64,000 nt of DNA from Mobula hypostoma (GCF_963921235.1 NC_086097.1:246576001-246640000), one strand, 5' to 3'; positions 1-13,547 are shown, numbered from the stretch's first letter. The notes: generated by a model not told the origin, from the sequence alone. Made by a program: numbers and translations.

Positions 1-1007
1 AAGCTTTTTCTCTTCATTTTGACCATCCGTCCACACTGAAACTGCGTTTTTAGCCCCTGAAAACAGAGATTTTCAGAAACAGTCTCCAGAGTGAATAAAT
101 CTGAAAACACCTAATATCCGTTGTAGTGTGTATGGGGTAACCGGAGCTTTTTAAACCGCTGTCATGATGTGCTCGAACAAATGACGGCAGCACAGCATTT
201 CATTGTTTTCTTATTATTCTTATTCTTATTATTATTACTACTTTATTGTTTAGAGTGTACAATCATCACAGCGATATTTGATTCTGCGCTTCACAGAACC
301 TAACAATTTCAGAACAGACGGCAATGAGACTGATGCCAGAAGAGTTAGAAATGTACTCACCAAATACCTTGACCCGTAGCTTACCAAATAAATAAGTATA
401 CTCACTTTGCCCTGTTTTCTGTCCTTGCTTGTATGACAGAAAACACCCTCCGCCACCTCCAGTTTAAATTCCATGCGGAATATTTTGGAGGATCAAGAAC
501 CAAGAACCAGGGTGGTTTACCTATTTATGCAAGTACTTCTCTGACAATAGATGTGTAACAGCTTAATGTAACATTGTATGGAAATACAAGATAACACTGA
601 TGCAGTCATGTTTTATCATTTAACAAGGTGCTTTATTAGTGCAAAAGAGTTAGTCAGTTTTTTAATGTTCATCGTCAGTTGGGTCATACTGTTCCTGAAT
701 TCCCTGTCGGTTGCCTCCATACGCCCCAGTATTTGTGTTTTTTTTAGTTTTAAGCCCTCCTGCGCGAGAGCCAAGAGCAATTCCTTTTAAGTTTTTCTAC
801 TCCGTAACTGGACAAACGCGCACCAAATATATCGTTTCCTCTTCGCTTGTTTTCTGTGTGTCCTGCGCATGCCCAGTAGGAGGAGATTTGCCCAAATATC
901 CGTCTAATGTGGACAGAGATATTTTGAAAAACGCTTAGTGTGGATGCCTGTCGTTTTTACTCGAAACCAGCGTTTTCAAAATTATCCGGTGCAGTGTGGA
1001 CATAGCT
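1..1007. mobile_element. Non-autonomous PIF/Harbinger-like DNA transposon (left end outside window)
   Basis: Repeated GTCCACAC(T)/AGTGTGGA(C) subterminal motifs at both ends and a right end ...GTGTGGACATAGC. A short Rex1-type 3' tail lies inside at about 225-292. Confidence 0.55.
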
Positions 1008-1328
1008 TCAATCTCTTTGTTTTCTTAGTGCATAATTAACAATTGTGAGCAACAGAATTTATGCATATTCGTGACTTCTGAAAGAGCTGTAGATCAAAAA
1101 GATCAGCATCCTGCAGTAACAACTGTTGCTGAACTCGGTGATGCAGGGAACTAAGGCTTCTGTATCTTGTGCCTGATGGTAGTAGCCTGGATGATGTAAG
1201 TTAATATCCACAGCGTAAATTAGGTTGGACAGCATATTGGCAATGGTGTCTGTACAAGTCTACAGCAGACATCCACAAGGAGTATGGGTTACAGGCAGGT
1301 CATGCTGCTATTTTGGAGACTGACATTT

Positions 1329-2245
1329 CATAGAAACATAGAAAATAGGTGCAGGAGTAGGCCATTCGGCCCTTCGAGCCTGCACCGCCATTTATTATGA
1401 TCATGGCTGATCATCCAACTCAGAACCCCGCCCAAGCCTTCCCTCCATACCCCCTGATCCCCGTAGCCACAAGGGCCATATCTAATTCCCTCTTAAATAT
1501 AGCCAATGAACTGGCCTCAACTGTTTCCTGTGGCAGAGAATTCCACAGATTCACCACTCTCTGTGTGAAGAAGTTTTTCCTAATCTCAGTCCTAAAAGGC
1601 TTCCCCTTTATCCTCAAACTGTGACCCCTTGTTCTGGACTTCCCCAACATCGGGAACAATCTTCCTGCATCTAGCCTGTCCAATCCCTTTAGGATTTTAT
1701 ACGTTTCAATCAGATTCCCCCTCAATCTTCTAAATTCCAACGAGTACAAGCCCAGTTCATCCAGTCTTTCTTCATATGAAAGTCCTGCCATCCCAGGAAT
1801 CAATCTGGTGAACCTTCTTTGTACTCCCTCTATGGCAAGGATGTCTTTCCTCAGATTAGGGGACCAAAACTGCACACAATACTCCAGGTGTGGTCTCACC
1901 AAGGCCTTGTACAACTGCAGTAGTACCTCCCTGCTCCTGTACTCGAATCCTCTCGCTATAAATGCCAGCATACCATTCGCCTTTTTCACCGCCTGCTGTA
2001 CCTGCATGCCCACTTTCAATGACTGGTGTACAATGACACCCAGGTCTCGTTGCACCTCCCCTTTTCCTAATCAGCCACCATTCAGATAATAATCTGTTTT
2101 CCTGTTTTTGCCACCAAAGTGGACAACTTCACATTTATCCACATTAAATTGCATCTGCCATGAATTTGCCCACTCACCCAACCTATCCAAGGCACTCTGC
2201 ATCTTCTTAGCATCCTCCTCACAGCTAACACTGCCGCCCAGCTTT
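1329..2245 (-). mobile_element. CR1 LINE, subfamily A, 5'-truncated 3' end
   Basis: ORF 1420-2055 has LYKALVRPHLEYCVQFWSP and RRLRGxLIE. (TTCTATG)n tail. Near-identical to the 3' part of 51202-53442. Confidence 0.93.
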
Positions 2246-2489
2246 CAAACAATCACAGGATGATCATGCACTAGGAACACCCTCAGTAGCGCTACAAAAA
2301 GAAATTATGAACTATTCACAGGTTGCTTGCAGACTGAATTCTCTTGGCTGTTAGTGTTCCGACAGTTAGAGCTACAAAGGCCTATAAGCATCAAAGCATT
2401 TAGGACAGAAGTCACCCCCACCCTCTGTCTCTATGTTTTCAATAAGCTGATAACATGATTACTGCCATAAAACCATAAGACGAGGACTT

Positions 2490-2815
2490 GGTCTCAAGCC
2501 CCAGTGTCACCTGTTTAGAGCCGACCAGGAGACAGTCAGTGTCAGTGCAATGCAGTGTCTAGGCTGGAGTCGGTGCTGCCCCCAGTGTTCACTTGGCAGA
2601 AAACAACTGGATTGTGTTTGACAGCAGACTGCTGCAACATTCAGGGACTCAGGGTCTTGGACTACTATGTTTTTTTGGTGTGACTCTATATTACCAATAT
2701 CTTATATGTGCTATATATGCCTTGTGTTGTGTGTGACTGTTGGTGTTGTGTTTCATTTGCCTGTATTCACAGGTATTCATGTATGGCTGAATGATAATTC
2801 AACTTGAACCTGAAC
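2490..2815 (+). repeat. Non-coding retroposon 'family X' 3' part with TTGAAC-type tail
   Basis: GGTATTCATGTATGGCTGAATGATAATT...ACTTGAAC end is shared with 2975-3365, 36671-37300 and 55500-55618. Confidence 0.55.
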
Positions 2816-3540
2816 CAGGAGCAGAATTATGCCATTCTGCCCATTGATCCCATTGTGCAGAAGTCATAAGAACAAACCAAAAATCCTTATCCTGCAATAA
2901 AATGAATTTTTTATGGTTCAGTAATTATAAAAATGTTAATCTCACAACTGACACAAGAATCTTCCTTCTGACTCTCAAGTTTAATTGTCATTCAACCACA
3001 CATGAATACCCATGAATACAAACAAACGAAACAGCGTTCCTCTGGGTTCAAGCAAAACACAGACCCAGCAGTCATACAAAGCACAAGGCACATATAGCAT
3101 GTATAATTGCAATAGCAGTAAACATACAGTCACACAAAAAAATACATAACCCAAGTCCTTGAGTGACATGTCCAGTAAATTGATGGTGCATGGGTGTTAT
3201 CAGGAAGAGCAAGCAGCTCTCAGCAGTCTGCAGACGAACATATGCATGCATGCATGTACGCAATACAGCTTGTCTTCTACCGAGCAAACACTGGAGAGCA
3301 ACACCGATGAGGGGCCGCATGGACGCCGTGCCACACTGCCTCAGGTACCTCTCCTCCTGGACTGTCAAGTGTGACAGTGGAAAAGTTTGGCTGGAACCGG
3401 AGGATATAGCAGAGGTACTTAATGAGTACTTTGCTTCAGTATTCACTACGGAAAAGGATTTTAGCGATTGCAGGGATGACTTACAGCGGACTGAAAAGCT
3501 CAAGCATGTTAGATATTAAGAAAGAGGATGTGCTGGAGCT

Positions 3541-6500
3541 GCTATTCGTGACTCTCCTAATATATTTGGCATCACCCGTGGAAATGAGACTCATAAATTA
3601 TCACTATATGCAGATGATTTACTATTATATATTTCTAACCCAGGAAAATCTATTCCGGCATTATTAACTTTGCTTGCTCAGTTTAGTAGCTTTTCTGATT
3701 TTAAACTGAATCTAGGTATGAGCGAACTTTTTCCATTAAATATGCAGGTTCCCATTTATAGATGTTCTCCATTCAGAGTGACTACTGACTATTTTACTTA
3801 TTTGGGAGTTAAAATTACTAAGAGACATAAGGATCTATTCAAGTTCAATCTTTTACCATTAATTAATCAGGTTAAACAACTGATTACTAAGTGGTTCCCA
3901 CTGTCTCTATCACTGATTGGCCGAATTAATGCTATTAAAATGATTATTTTACCTAAATTTTTATATTTATTTCAAATGATACCTATTTTTATTCTTAAAT
4001 CCTTTTTTGATAATATTGATTCTAAAATTTCCTCTTATATATGGCAGAACAAAAATTCAAGATTAAGTAAAAAAATATTTACAGAAGTCCAAGAAAGGTG
4101 GTGGTTTAGCACTGCCTAACCTAAGATTTTATTATTGGGCAATTAATATTCGATATTTAATATTTTGGACACAAGATTGGAATATAACTCCAAGCCCATA
4201 TTGGGTAAACCTTGAAGGCTACTCTGTACAAGGGTTCTCTTCAGCTTCCATTTTAGGAACTTCACTTCCTTTTGTACTATCTAAATTGAATAAACAAATG
4301 GTTAATCCAATAGTTAAACATACATTGCGAATATGGTTTCAATTTCGTAAATTTTTGGTTTGAACAAATTTATATTATCAAGCCCTATTATATCTAAATT
4401 TTTTTTGAACCCTCAGTTATGGACCAAGCTTTTTTGATATGGAAAACGAAAAGTATAACATGTTTTCGTGACTTATTTCTGGATAACTGTTTCATGTCTT
4501 TTGAACAGTTATCTAAGAAATTTGATTTGCCTAGATCCCATTTTTTTAGATATTTACAAATAAGAAATTTTTTAAATACTATGTTGCCTACCTTCCCGAC
4601 CTCATACCCTACTGGTATCATCAATAAAATTTTAGGTTTAAATCCTCTTCAGAAAGGATTAATAACATCTATCTATGATATAATTATGAAATTACATAGA
4701 AACATAGAAACATAGAACATAGAAAATAGGTGCAGGAGTAGGCCATTCGGCCCTTCGAGCCTGCACCGCCATTTATTATGATCATGGCTGATCATCCAAC
4801 TCAGAACCCAGCCTTCCCTCCATACCCCCTGACCCCTGTAGCCACAAGGGCCATATCTAACTTCCTTTTAAACATAGCTAATGAACTGGCCTCAACAGTT
4901 TGCTGTGGCAGAGAATTCCACAGATTCACCACTCTCTGTGTGAAGAAGTTTTTCCTAACCTCGGTCCTAAAAGGCTTCCCCTCTATCCTCAAACTGTGAC
5001 CCCTCGTTCTAGACCTCCCCAACATCGGGAACAATCTTCCCGCATCTACCCTGTCCAATCCCTTTAGGATCTTATACGTTTCAATCAGATCCCCCCTCAA
5101 TCTTCTAAATTCCAACGAGTACAAGCCCAGTTCATCCAGTCTTTCTTCATATGAAAGACCTGCCATCCCAGGAATCAATCTGGTGAACCTTCTTTGTACT
5201 CCCTCTATGGCAAAGATGTCTTTCCTCAGATTAGGGGACCAAAACTGCACACAATACTCCAGGTGTGGTCTCACCAAGGCCTTGTACAACTGCAGTAGTA
5301 CCTCCCTGCTCCTGTACTCGAATCCTCTCGCTATAAATGCCAGCATACCGTTCGCCTTTTTCACCGCCTGCTGTACCTGCATGCCCACTTTCAATGACTG
5401 GTGTATAATGACACCCAGGTCTCGTTGCACCTCCCCTTTTCCTAATCGGCCACCATTCAGATAATAATCTGTTTTCCTATTTTTGCCACCAAAGTGGATA
5501 ACTTCACATTTATCCACATTAAATTGCATCTGCCATGAGTTTGCCCACTCACCCAACCTATCCAAGTCACCCTGCATCCTCTTAGCATCCTCCTCACTGC
5601 TAACACTGCCACCCAGCTTTGTGTCATCCGCAAAACTTGGAGATGCTGCATTTAATTCCCTCATCCAAGTCATTAATATATATTGTAAACAACTGGGGTC
5701 CCAGCACTGAGCCTTGCGGTACCCCACTAGTCACCGCCTGCCATTCTGAAAAGGTCCCGTTTATTCCCACTCTTTGCTTCCTGTCTGCTAACCAATTCTC
5801 CACCCACACCAATACCTTACCCCCAATACCGTGTGCTTTAAGTTTGCACACTAATCTCCTGTGTGGTACAGCCAGGTATATCTGATAAAATTAAAAATGA
5901 ATGGGAAAGGGAATTTCAATTTTGCATACTTATAAAGAAATGGGATAAAATTTTTCAATTAGTTAGTACTTCCTCTATATGTGCTACACATATATTAATA
6001 CAATTTAAAGTAGTGCATAGAGTCCATATGTCTAAAGATAAATCAGCCCGTTCTTATTCCCATATAAACCCTATTTGTGACAGATGTCACTCTGAGGTGG
6101 CTTCTTTAACTCATATCTTTTGGTCCTGTCCTCTTTTGGAAAAATATTGGAAAGATATTTTTGATATTATCGTAATAGTTCTGTGTTTTGATTTACAACC
6201 CCATCCTATTACGGCAGTTTTTGGATTGCCAGTGGTAGAACATAGATCATTATCATCTTCAGCCTGTCGGATGATTGCATTTGTTACTTTAATGGCCAGA
6301 AGATCTATTTTATTGAACTGGAAGGAAACCAATCCTCCTACTACATTCCAATGCTTTTCCCAAACTATATTATGTTTAAATTTAGAAAAAATTTGAAGTG
6401 ATATTTTTGATCCTTTGATTAAATTTGAAGAGACTTGGAAACCATTTATTCAACATTTTCATATGATGTAATTTGACCTTTCCGAATCCTTCTTATTAAC

Positions 6501-6833
6501 TTAAAATATATGAATAGAGGAGCGGAGTTGATGACATTACTGAACGTGTTCGATTTAAGATATTGGTCTAGCCTTGTTCGGTTTGCTTTTTTGAGTTTAG
6601 TATTTAGTCATTTTTTTTCTTTTTTGGGGGGTTTTTTCTTTGTTTTTTTTCTTTTTATTTCTTTTTTTCTTTATGATTAATTACATCATGAGTTTGGAAG
6701 TCTATTTTACCTGTATTATCCGAAATCTTTTCTGCATCTGTTTATTAACAATAAGATAATTCCAATCTCTTTGTATCAACATTGTTATTCTGTTTATAAC
6801 TTTGGAAAAATTAATAAAAAGATTTAAAAAGAA
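3541..6833 (+). mobile_element. L1-clade LINE, 5'-truncated (RT YADD to 3' UTR)
   Basis: SLYADD, LSLIGRINAIKM..LPKFLY and the C-terminal CDRC..LTHIFWSC zinc knuckle. AATAAA at 6813-6818 and an A-rich end. TSD AGGATGTGCTGGAGCT at 3525-3540 and 6834-6849. Confidence 0.92.
4697..5866 (-). mobile_element. CR1 subfamily A inserted inside the L1
   Basis: [10 protein letters not shown] and FADDTKL motifs, ORF 4801-5727, tail at about 4697-4725. TACA is duplicated at the junctions. Confidence 0.93.
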
Positions 6834-7947
6834 AGGATGTGCTGGAGCTTTGGGAAAGCATCAAGTTGGATAAGTCACCAGGACCGGACAAGATGTACCC
6901 CAGGCTACTGTGAGAGGTGAGGGAGGAGATTGCTGAGCCTCTGGCAATGATCTTTGCAGCATCAATGGGAACGGGAGAGGTTCCGGAGGATTGGAGGGTT
7001 GCAGCTGTTCACTTATTCAAGAAAAGGAGTAGAAATAGCCCAAGAAATTATAAACAAGTGAGCCTTACTTCAGTGGTCAGTAAGCTGATGGAGAATATCC
7101 TGTGAGGCAGGATTTATGAACATTTGGAGAGGCATAATATGATTAGGAATAGTCAGCATGGCTTTGTCAAAGGCAGGTCATGCCTTACGAACCTGATCAG
7201 ACCCCACTTAGTGTACTGTGCTCAGTTCTGGTCACTTCACTGTAGGAAGGATGCGGAAACCATAGAAAGGGTGCAGAGGAGATTTACAAGGATGTTGCCT
7301 GGATTGGGGAGCATGCCTTATGAGAATAGGTTGAGTGAATTCGGCCTTTTTTCCTTGGAGCAACGGAGGATGAGAGGTGACCTGATAGAGGTGTATAAGA
7401 TGATGAGAGGCAATGATCGTGTGGATAGTCAGAGGCTTTTTCCCAGGGCTGAAATGGTTAGCACGAGAGGGTACAGGTTTAAGGTGCTTGGAAGAAGGTA
7501 CAGAGGAGGTGTCAGGGGTAAGTTTTTTTACGCAGAGAGTGGTGAGTGTGTGGAATGGGCTGCCGGCGACAGTGGTGGAGGCGGATACGATAGGGTCTTT
7601 GAAGAGACTCCTGGACAAGTACATGGAGCTCAGAAAAATAGAGTGCTATGGGTAACCCTAGGTAATTTCTCAGGTAAGGACTTGCTCGGCACAGCTTTGT
7701 GTGCCAAGGGCCTGTATTGTGCTGTAGGTTTTCTATGTTTCTATGGACTGTTGCAAATGGCAAGCCCACGGCATGAGACTTTGGCCTCACTACAACCGAG
7801 GCCACGCAGGCCCCCCAGCGTCGATCTTGCCAATTAACCAGTGAACCAGACTTGCAGTATTTTACCTCCACTCCTCCTTGCTACAAATTGTCCTGCAATG
7901 TACTCCAGACCATTCCAATAGTCAATTCCAAATGACCAGCAGCAGGT

Positions 7948-9114
7948 AGATAGCAGAAAGGAAGTTGTATGAGTGTGAGGCCAATTTTCTGTGCTCGGTG
8001 TCAGATGTGGGAGGTCCTGGAGTCTCCCAGCCTCCCGGACGACCATAACTGCACCAGGTGTGTCGAGCTGCAGCTCCTAAGGCATCGAGTTAGGGAACTG
8101 GAGATGCAGCTCGATGACCTTCGCTTGGTCAGGGAGAGTGAGAAGGTGATGGAAAGGAGCTATAGGCAGGTGGTCCCACCAGGGCCACGGGAGACAGACA
8201 AGTGGGTCACAGTCAGGAGGGGGAAGGGGAAAAGTCAGGTACTAGAGTGTACCCCTGTGACTGTACCCTTTGACAATAAGTACTCCTGTTTGAGTACTTC
8301 TGGGGTGGACAGCCTACCTGGGGGAAGCAACAGTGGCTGTGCCTCTGGCACAGAGTCTGGCCCTCTGGCTCAGAAGGGTAGGGAAAGGAAGAGGATGGCA
8401 GCAGTGATAGGGGACTCTATAGTTAGGGGGTCAGACAGGCGATTCTGTGGACGCAGGAAACTCGGATGGTAGTTTGCCTCCCAGGTGTCAGGGTCCGGGA
8501 TGTTTCAGATCGCGTCCAAGATATCCTGCAGTGGGAGGGAGAACAGTCAGAGGTCATGGTACATATTGGTACCAATGACATTGGTAGGAAAAGGGAAGAG
8601 GTCCTGAAAAAAGACTATAGGGAGTTAGGAAGGAAGTTGAGAAACAGGACTGCAAAGGTAGTAATCTCAGGATTACTGCCTGTGCCACGTGACAATGAGA
8701 ATAGGAACAGAATGAGGTGGAGGATAAATGCGTGGCTGAGGGATTGGAGCAAGGGGCAGGGATTCAGATTTCTGGATCATTGGGACCTCTTTTGGGGCAG
8801 GTGTGAGCTGTACAAAAAGGACAGGTCGCACTTGTATCCCAGTGGGACCAATATCCTGGCAGGGAAATTTGCTAAGGCTACTGGGGAGAGTTTAAACCAG
8901 AATTGTTACGGGGTGGGAACTGAACTGAAGAGACTGGGGAACAGGAGGTTGGCTCACAAATAGAGAAAGCTTGTAGACAGTGCAAGAGGGAGGATAGGCA
9001 GGTGATAGAGAGGGGACGCACTCAGACTGAAGGTTTGAGCTGTGTCTATTTTAACGCAAGGAGTGTTGTCAACAAAGCAGTTGAGTTTAGAGCGTGGATC
9101 AGTACTTGGAGATA
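7948..9114 (+). mobile_element. CR1 5' region: ORF1 (zinc finger/leucine zipper plus SGNH esterase) and start of ORF2 endonuclease
   Basis: CARC..CTRC followed by a heptad region, IGDSIVR and HIGTNDI (ORFs 7969-8472 and 8466-8963, frameshifted). CVYFNARSVVNK APE start at about 9041. Confidence 0.88.
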
Positions 9115-9227
9115 GCTTAACTCTTTTATGACCGACTCTGGAATCTCAGAAATTTGGAGATTCTTACATCCGAATGAGAAAGAGCTCTCATTTTTTTCAC
9201 ATGTATACCAGCACTATTCAAGAATTG

Positions 9228-10396
9228 GAGCAACCCACATCAAAGTTGCTGGTGAACGCAGCAGGCCAGGCACCATCATTAGGAAGAGGTACAGTCAACG
9301 TTTCAGGCCGAGACCCTTCGTCAGGACTAACTGAAGGAAGAGTTAGTAAGAGATTTGAAAGTGGGAGGGGGAGGGGGAGATCCAAAATGATAGGAGAATA
9401 CGGGAGGGGGAGGGATGGAGCCAGGAGCCGGACAGGTGATTGGCAAAGGGGATACGAGAGGATCATGGGACAGGAGGTCCGGGAAGAAAGACAAGGGGGG
9501 GGGGGTCCCAGAGGATGGGCAAGGGGTATAGTCAGAGGGACAGAGGGAGAAAAGGGAGAGTGAGAGAAAGAATGTGTGTATAAAAATAAATAACAGATGG
9601 GGTACGAGGGGGAGGTGGGGCATTAGCGGAAGTTAGAGAAGTCGATGTTCATGCCATCAGGTTGGAGGCTACCCAGACGGAATATAAGGTGTTGTTCCTC
9701 CAACCTGAGTGTGGCTTCATCTTTACAGTAGAGGAGGCCGTGGATAGACATGTCAGAATGGGAATGGGATGTGGAATTAAAATGTGCGGCCACTGGGAGA
9801 TCCTGCTTTCTCTGGCGGACAGAGCGTAGGTGTTCAGCAAAGCAGTCTCCCAGTCTGCGTCGGGTCTCGCCAATATATAGAAGGCCACATTGGGAGCACC
9901 GGATGCAGTATATCACCCCAGCCGACTCACAGGTGAAGTGTCGCCTCACCTGGAAGGACTGTTTGGGGCCCTGAATGGTGGTAAGGGAGGAAGTGTAAGG
10001 GCATGTGTAGCACTTGTTCCGCTTACAAGGATAAGTGCCAGGAGGGAGATCAGTGGGGAGGGATGGGGGGGACGAATGGACAAGGGAGTCACGTAGGGAG
10101 CAATCCCTGTGGAAAGCAGAGAGAGGGAAAGATGTGCTTAGTGGTGGGATTCCGTTGGAGGTGGCGGAGGTTACGGAGAATAATATGTTGGACCCGGAGG
10201 CTGGTGGGGTGGTAGGTGAGGACCAGGGGAACCTTATTCCTAGTGGGGTGGCGGGAGGATGAAGTGAGAGCAGATGTACGTGAAATGGGGGAGATGCGTT
10301 TGAGAGCAGAGTTGATAGTGGAGGAAGGGAAGCCCCTTTCTTTAAAAAAGGACATCTCCCTCGTCCTAGAATGAAAAGCCTCATCCTGAGAGCAGA
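9228..10396 (-). mobile_element. Penelope-like element, 5'-truncated, GIY-YIG endonuclease plus terminal repeat
   Basis: GVIYCIRC..LYIGET..EH..HFN and LGSLQPDGMN motifs (ORF 9623-10402). 12-bp TSD ATTCAAGAATTG at 9216-9227 and 10397-10408. Confidence 0.92.
9293..9328 (-). ncRNA. Minimal hammerhead ribozyme motif (PLE), GUU cleavage triplet variant
   Basis: Minus: AGTC-CTGACGA-AGGGTCTCGGCCT-GAAA-C-GTT-GACT. Confidence 0.62.
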
Positions 10397-11545
10397 ATTC
10401 AAGAATTGACTATTTTTTTATCCACTGTCGATTAATTCCTCTTGTTACTGGTTGTGAATATGATTCTATTGCTGTTTCTGACCATGCACCGTTGAAGTTA
10501 CTTATTAACTTAAGGGATACATTTACTAATTCTAGACAATGGCAATTTAATACCACTTTGCTTCAAGACTCGGATTTTGTTAGGTTTATTCAGGAACTGA
10601 TTAATTTTTTCTTTACAATGAATTCTACAGAGGATATTTCCAGTGGGACATTATGGGATACTTTTAAAGCATATATTCGTGGACAAATTATTTCATATAC
10701 CGCTGGATTATAAAAGTGAACTAATAATGAAATACTTAAACTGGTTGACAAGATTAAAGAAGTTGACAAGAAATATTCTATTGCCCCTAATCAGGAACTT
10801 TATAAACAGAGAGTTGAACTTCAAATGGAACATAATCTCTTATTATCATCTTCAATTAAAGTCAATTAATCAAAACTAAGAGTCAATTCTATACACATGG
10901 TGATAAAACTGGGAAACTATTGGCTAATCAATTGAAATCGGCCTCGGTTAAATGGCAGATTCTTAAGATTCGTAAACAAGATGGCATTTTGACAGTTGAC
11001 CATGACGAGATTAATAAATCCTTTCAAGAATTCTATACCTCCTTATATCAATCAGAATTTCCTGATGACTCTACTATAATGCATGAATTTTTTAAGAAAT
11101 TGAATATTCCAAAATTATCATCTAATGAACGATCAAAACTAGATATACCTATTACAGTAGAGGAAATAAAGAATGCTATTTTTTCGATGAACTCAGATAA
11201 AGCACCTGGCTCAGACGGATATACAGTAGAATTTTTAAAATTTTTCTCTACTACACTGACTCCTTGGCTATGTAGTGTTTTTAGGGATGCGGTATCTATA
11301 GGTAAATTACCGCAATCTTTTTATCGAGCTTCTATTTCCCTAATTCTTCAAAAAGATAAGGATGCTACTGAATGTGCATCTTATAGGCCTATATCTTTGC
11401 TGAATGTGGATTCTCAGATTTTTTCTAAAATATTGGCAATGAGATTGGAGAATGTATTACCTCAAATTATTTCTGCTGATCAGACTGGATTTATTAAAAA
11501 TCGTTACCCTTCTTTTAATATTAGGAGATTAATGAGTATTGTTTA

Positions 11546-13003
11546 GAACATAGAACATAGAATAGTACAGCACAGTACAGGCCCTTCGGCCCACAATGTT
11601 GTGCCAACCCTCAAACCCTGCCTCCCATATAAGCCCCCACCTTAAATTCCTCCATACACCTGTCTAGTAGTCTCTTAAATTTCACTAGTGTATCTGCCTC
11701 CACCACTGACTCAGGCAGTGCATTCCACGCACCAACCACTCTCTGAGTAAAAAGGTTCCTCTAATATCCCCCTTGAACTTCCCACCCCTTACCTTAAAAC
11801 CCTGTCCTCTTGTATTGAGCAGTGGTGCCCTGGGGAAGAGGTGCTGGCTATCCACTCCATCTATTCCTCTTATTATCTTGTACACCTCTATCATGTCTCC
11901 TCTCATCCTCCTTCTCTCCAAAGAGTAACGCCCTAGCTCCCTTAATCTCTGATCATAATCCATACTCTCCAAACCAGGCAGCATCCTGGTAAAGCTCCTC
12001 TGTACCCTTTCCAATGCTTCCACATCCTTCCTATAGTGAGGCGACCAGAACTGGACACAGTACTCCAAGTGTGGCCTAACCAGAGTTTTATAGAGCTGCA
12101 TCATTACATCGCGACTCTTAAACTCTATCCCTCAACTTATGAAAGCTAACACCCCAGAAGCTTTCTTAACTACCCTATCCACCTGTGAGGCAACTTTCAG
12201 GGATCTATGGACATGTACCCCCAGATCCCTCTGCTCCTCCACACTGTCAAATATCCTGTCATTTACTTTGTACTCTGCCTTGGAGTTTGTCCTTCCAAAG
12301 TGTACCACCTCACACTTCTCCGGGTTGAACTCCATCTGCCACTTCTCAGCCCACTTCTGCATCCTATCAATGTCTCTCTGCAATCTTTGACAATCCTCTA
12401 CACTATCTACAACACCACCAACTTTTGTGTCATTTGCAAACTTGCCAACCCACCCTTCTACCCCTACATCCAGGTCGTTAATAAAAATCATGAAAAGTAG
12501 AGGTCCCAGAACAGATCCTTGTGGGACACCACTAGTCACAATCCTCCAGTCTGAATGTACTCCCTCCAACAAGACCCTCTGCCTACTGTAGGCAAGCCAA
12601 TTCTGAATCCACCTGGCCAAACTTCCCTGGATCCCATGTCTTCTGACTTTCTGAATAAGCCTACCATTTGGAACCTTGTCAAATGCCTTACTAAAATCCA
12701 TATAAATCACATCCACTACACTACCCTCATCTATATGCCTGGTCACCTCCTCAAAGAACTCTATCAGGCTTGTTAGACACGATTTGCCCTTCACAAAGCC
12801 ATGCTGACTGTCCCTGATCAGACCACGATTCTCCAAATGCCCAGAGATCCTATCTCTAAGAATCTTTTCCAACAGCTTTCCCACCACAGACGTAAGCCTC
12901 ACTGGTCTATAATTACCCGGACTGTCCCTACAACATTTTTGAACAAGGGGACAACATTCGCCTCCCTCCAATCCTCCGGTACCATTCCCATGGACAATGA
13001 GGA
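11546..13003 (-). mobile_element. CR1 subfamily C, 5'-truncated
   Basis: ORFs 12132-13022 and 11685-12104 ([19 protein letters not shown]). TSD ATTGTTTA at 11538-11545 and 13004-13011. Confidence 0.92.
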
Positions 13004-13547
13004 ATTGTTTATATGCCTTCACCCAAAATTCCAGAATCTGTTATTTCATTGGATGCTGAGAAAGCTTTTGACATAGTTGAATGGACATATTTATTTAACA
13101 CCCTTGAGAAATTTAATTTTAGTCCAATATTTATATCTTGAATTAAAATGATATATCTCACCTCTTTGGCTTCAGTATTTACTAATAATCAAAGATCCCC
13201 TCTTTTTCATCTATTCCGTGGTACTAGGCAGGGTTGTCCTCTTAGTCCACTACTATTTGATATTGCTTTGGAACCGCTAGCTATTGCTATTCGTGACTCC
13301 CCTAATATATTTGGCATTACCCGTAGAAATGAGACTCATAAATTATCACTATATGCAGATGATCTATTATTATATATTTCTAACGCTGGAAAATCTATTC
13401 CGGCAGTATTAACTTTGCTTGCTCAGTTTAGTAGTTTTTCTGGTTATAAGCTGAACCTAGGTAAGAGTGAACTTTTTCCATTAAATATGCACATCCCCAT
13501 TTATAGAAATTCTCCATTTAGAGTGACTACTGACTATTTTACTTATC

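Larger units (their letters stand above)
3361..7743 (+). mobile_element. CR1 LINE subfamily B, split by L1 (pieces 3361-3540 and 6834-7743), RT core internally deleted
   Basis: LNEYFASVFT, PEDWRVA, QHGFVKGRSCLTNL|RPHL motifs and TTTCTATG tail. Collinear with 39905-41720. Confidence 0.9.
2975..7880 (-). repeat. Family X copy split into 2975-3365 and 7744-~7880 by a CR1 insertion
   Basis: The two halves join to match the unbroken copy near 36900 (ctcccctcctgaatggctgcaacaggcaagc). TGGACTGT is duplicated at 3358-3365 and 7744-7751. Confidence 0.7.
9115..13547 (+). mobile_element. L1-clade ORF2 internal fragment (EN C-terminus to RT), interrupted by a PLE and a CR1
   Basis: [38 protein letters not shown] and RGTRQGCPLSPLLF..YADD motifs. 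Same family as 3541-6833, sharing about 260 bp of homologous sequence. Confidence 0.9.

Noticed and set aside
1808..2089. Recurring 93-aa antisense ORF (also 5183-5464 and 52683-52964)
   Set aside because: Reverse frame of near-identical CR1 copies. Recurrence reflects their youth, not selection.
4690..4730. CATAGAAA short repeats as a CRISPR-like or regulatory array
   Set aside because: Standard CR1 3' microsatellite tail with no spacers.
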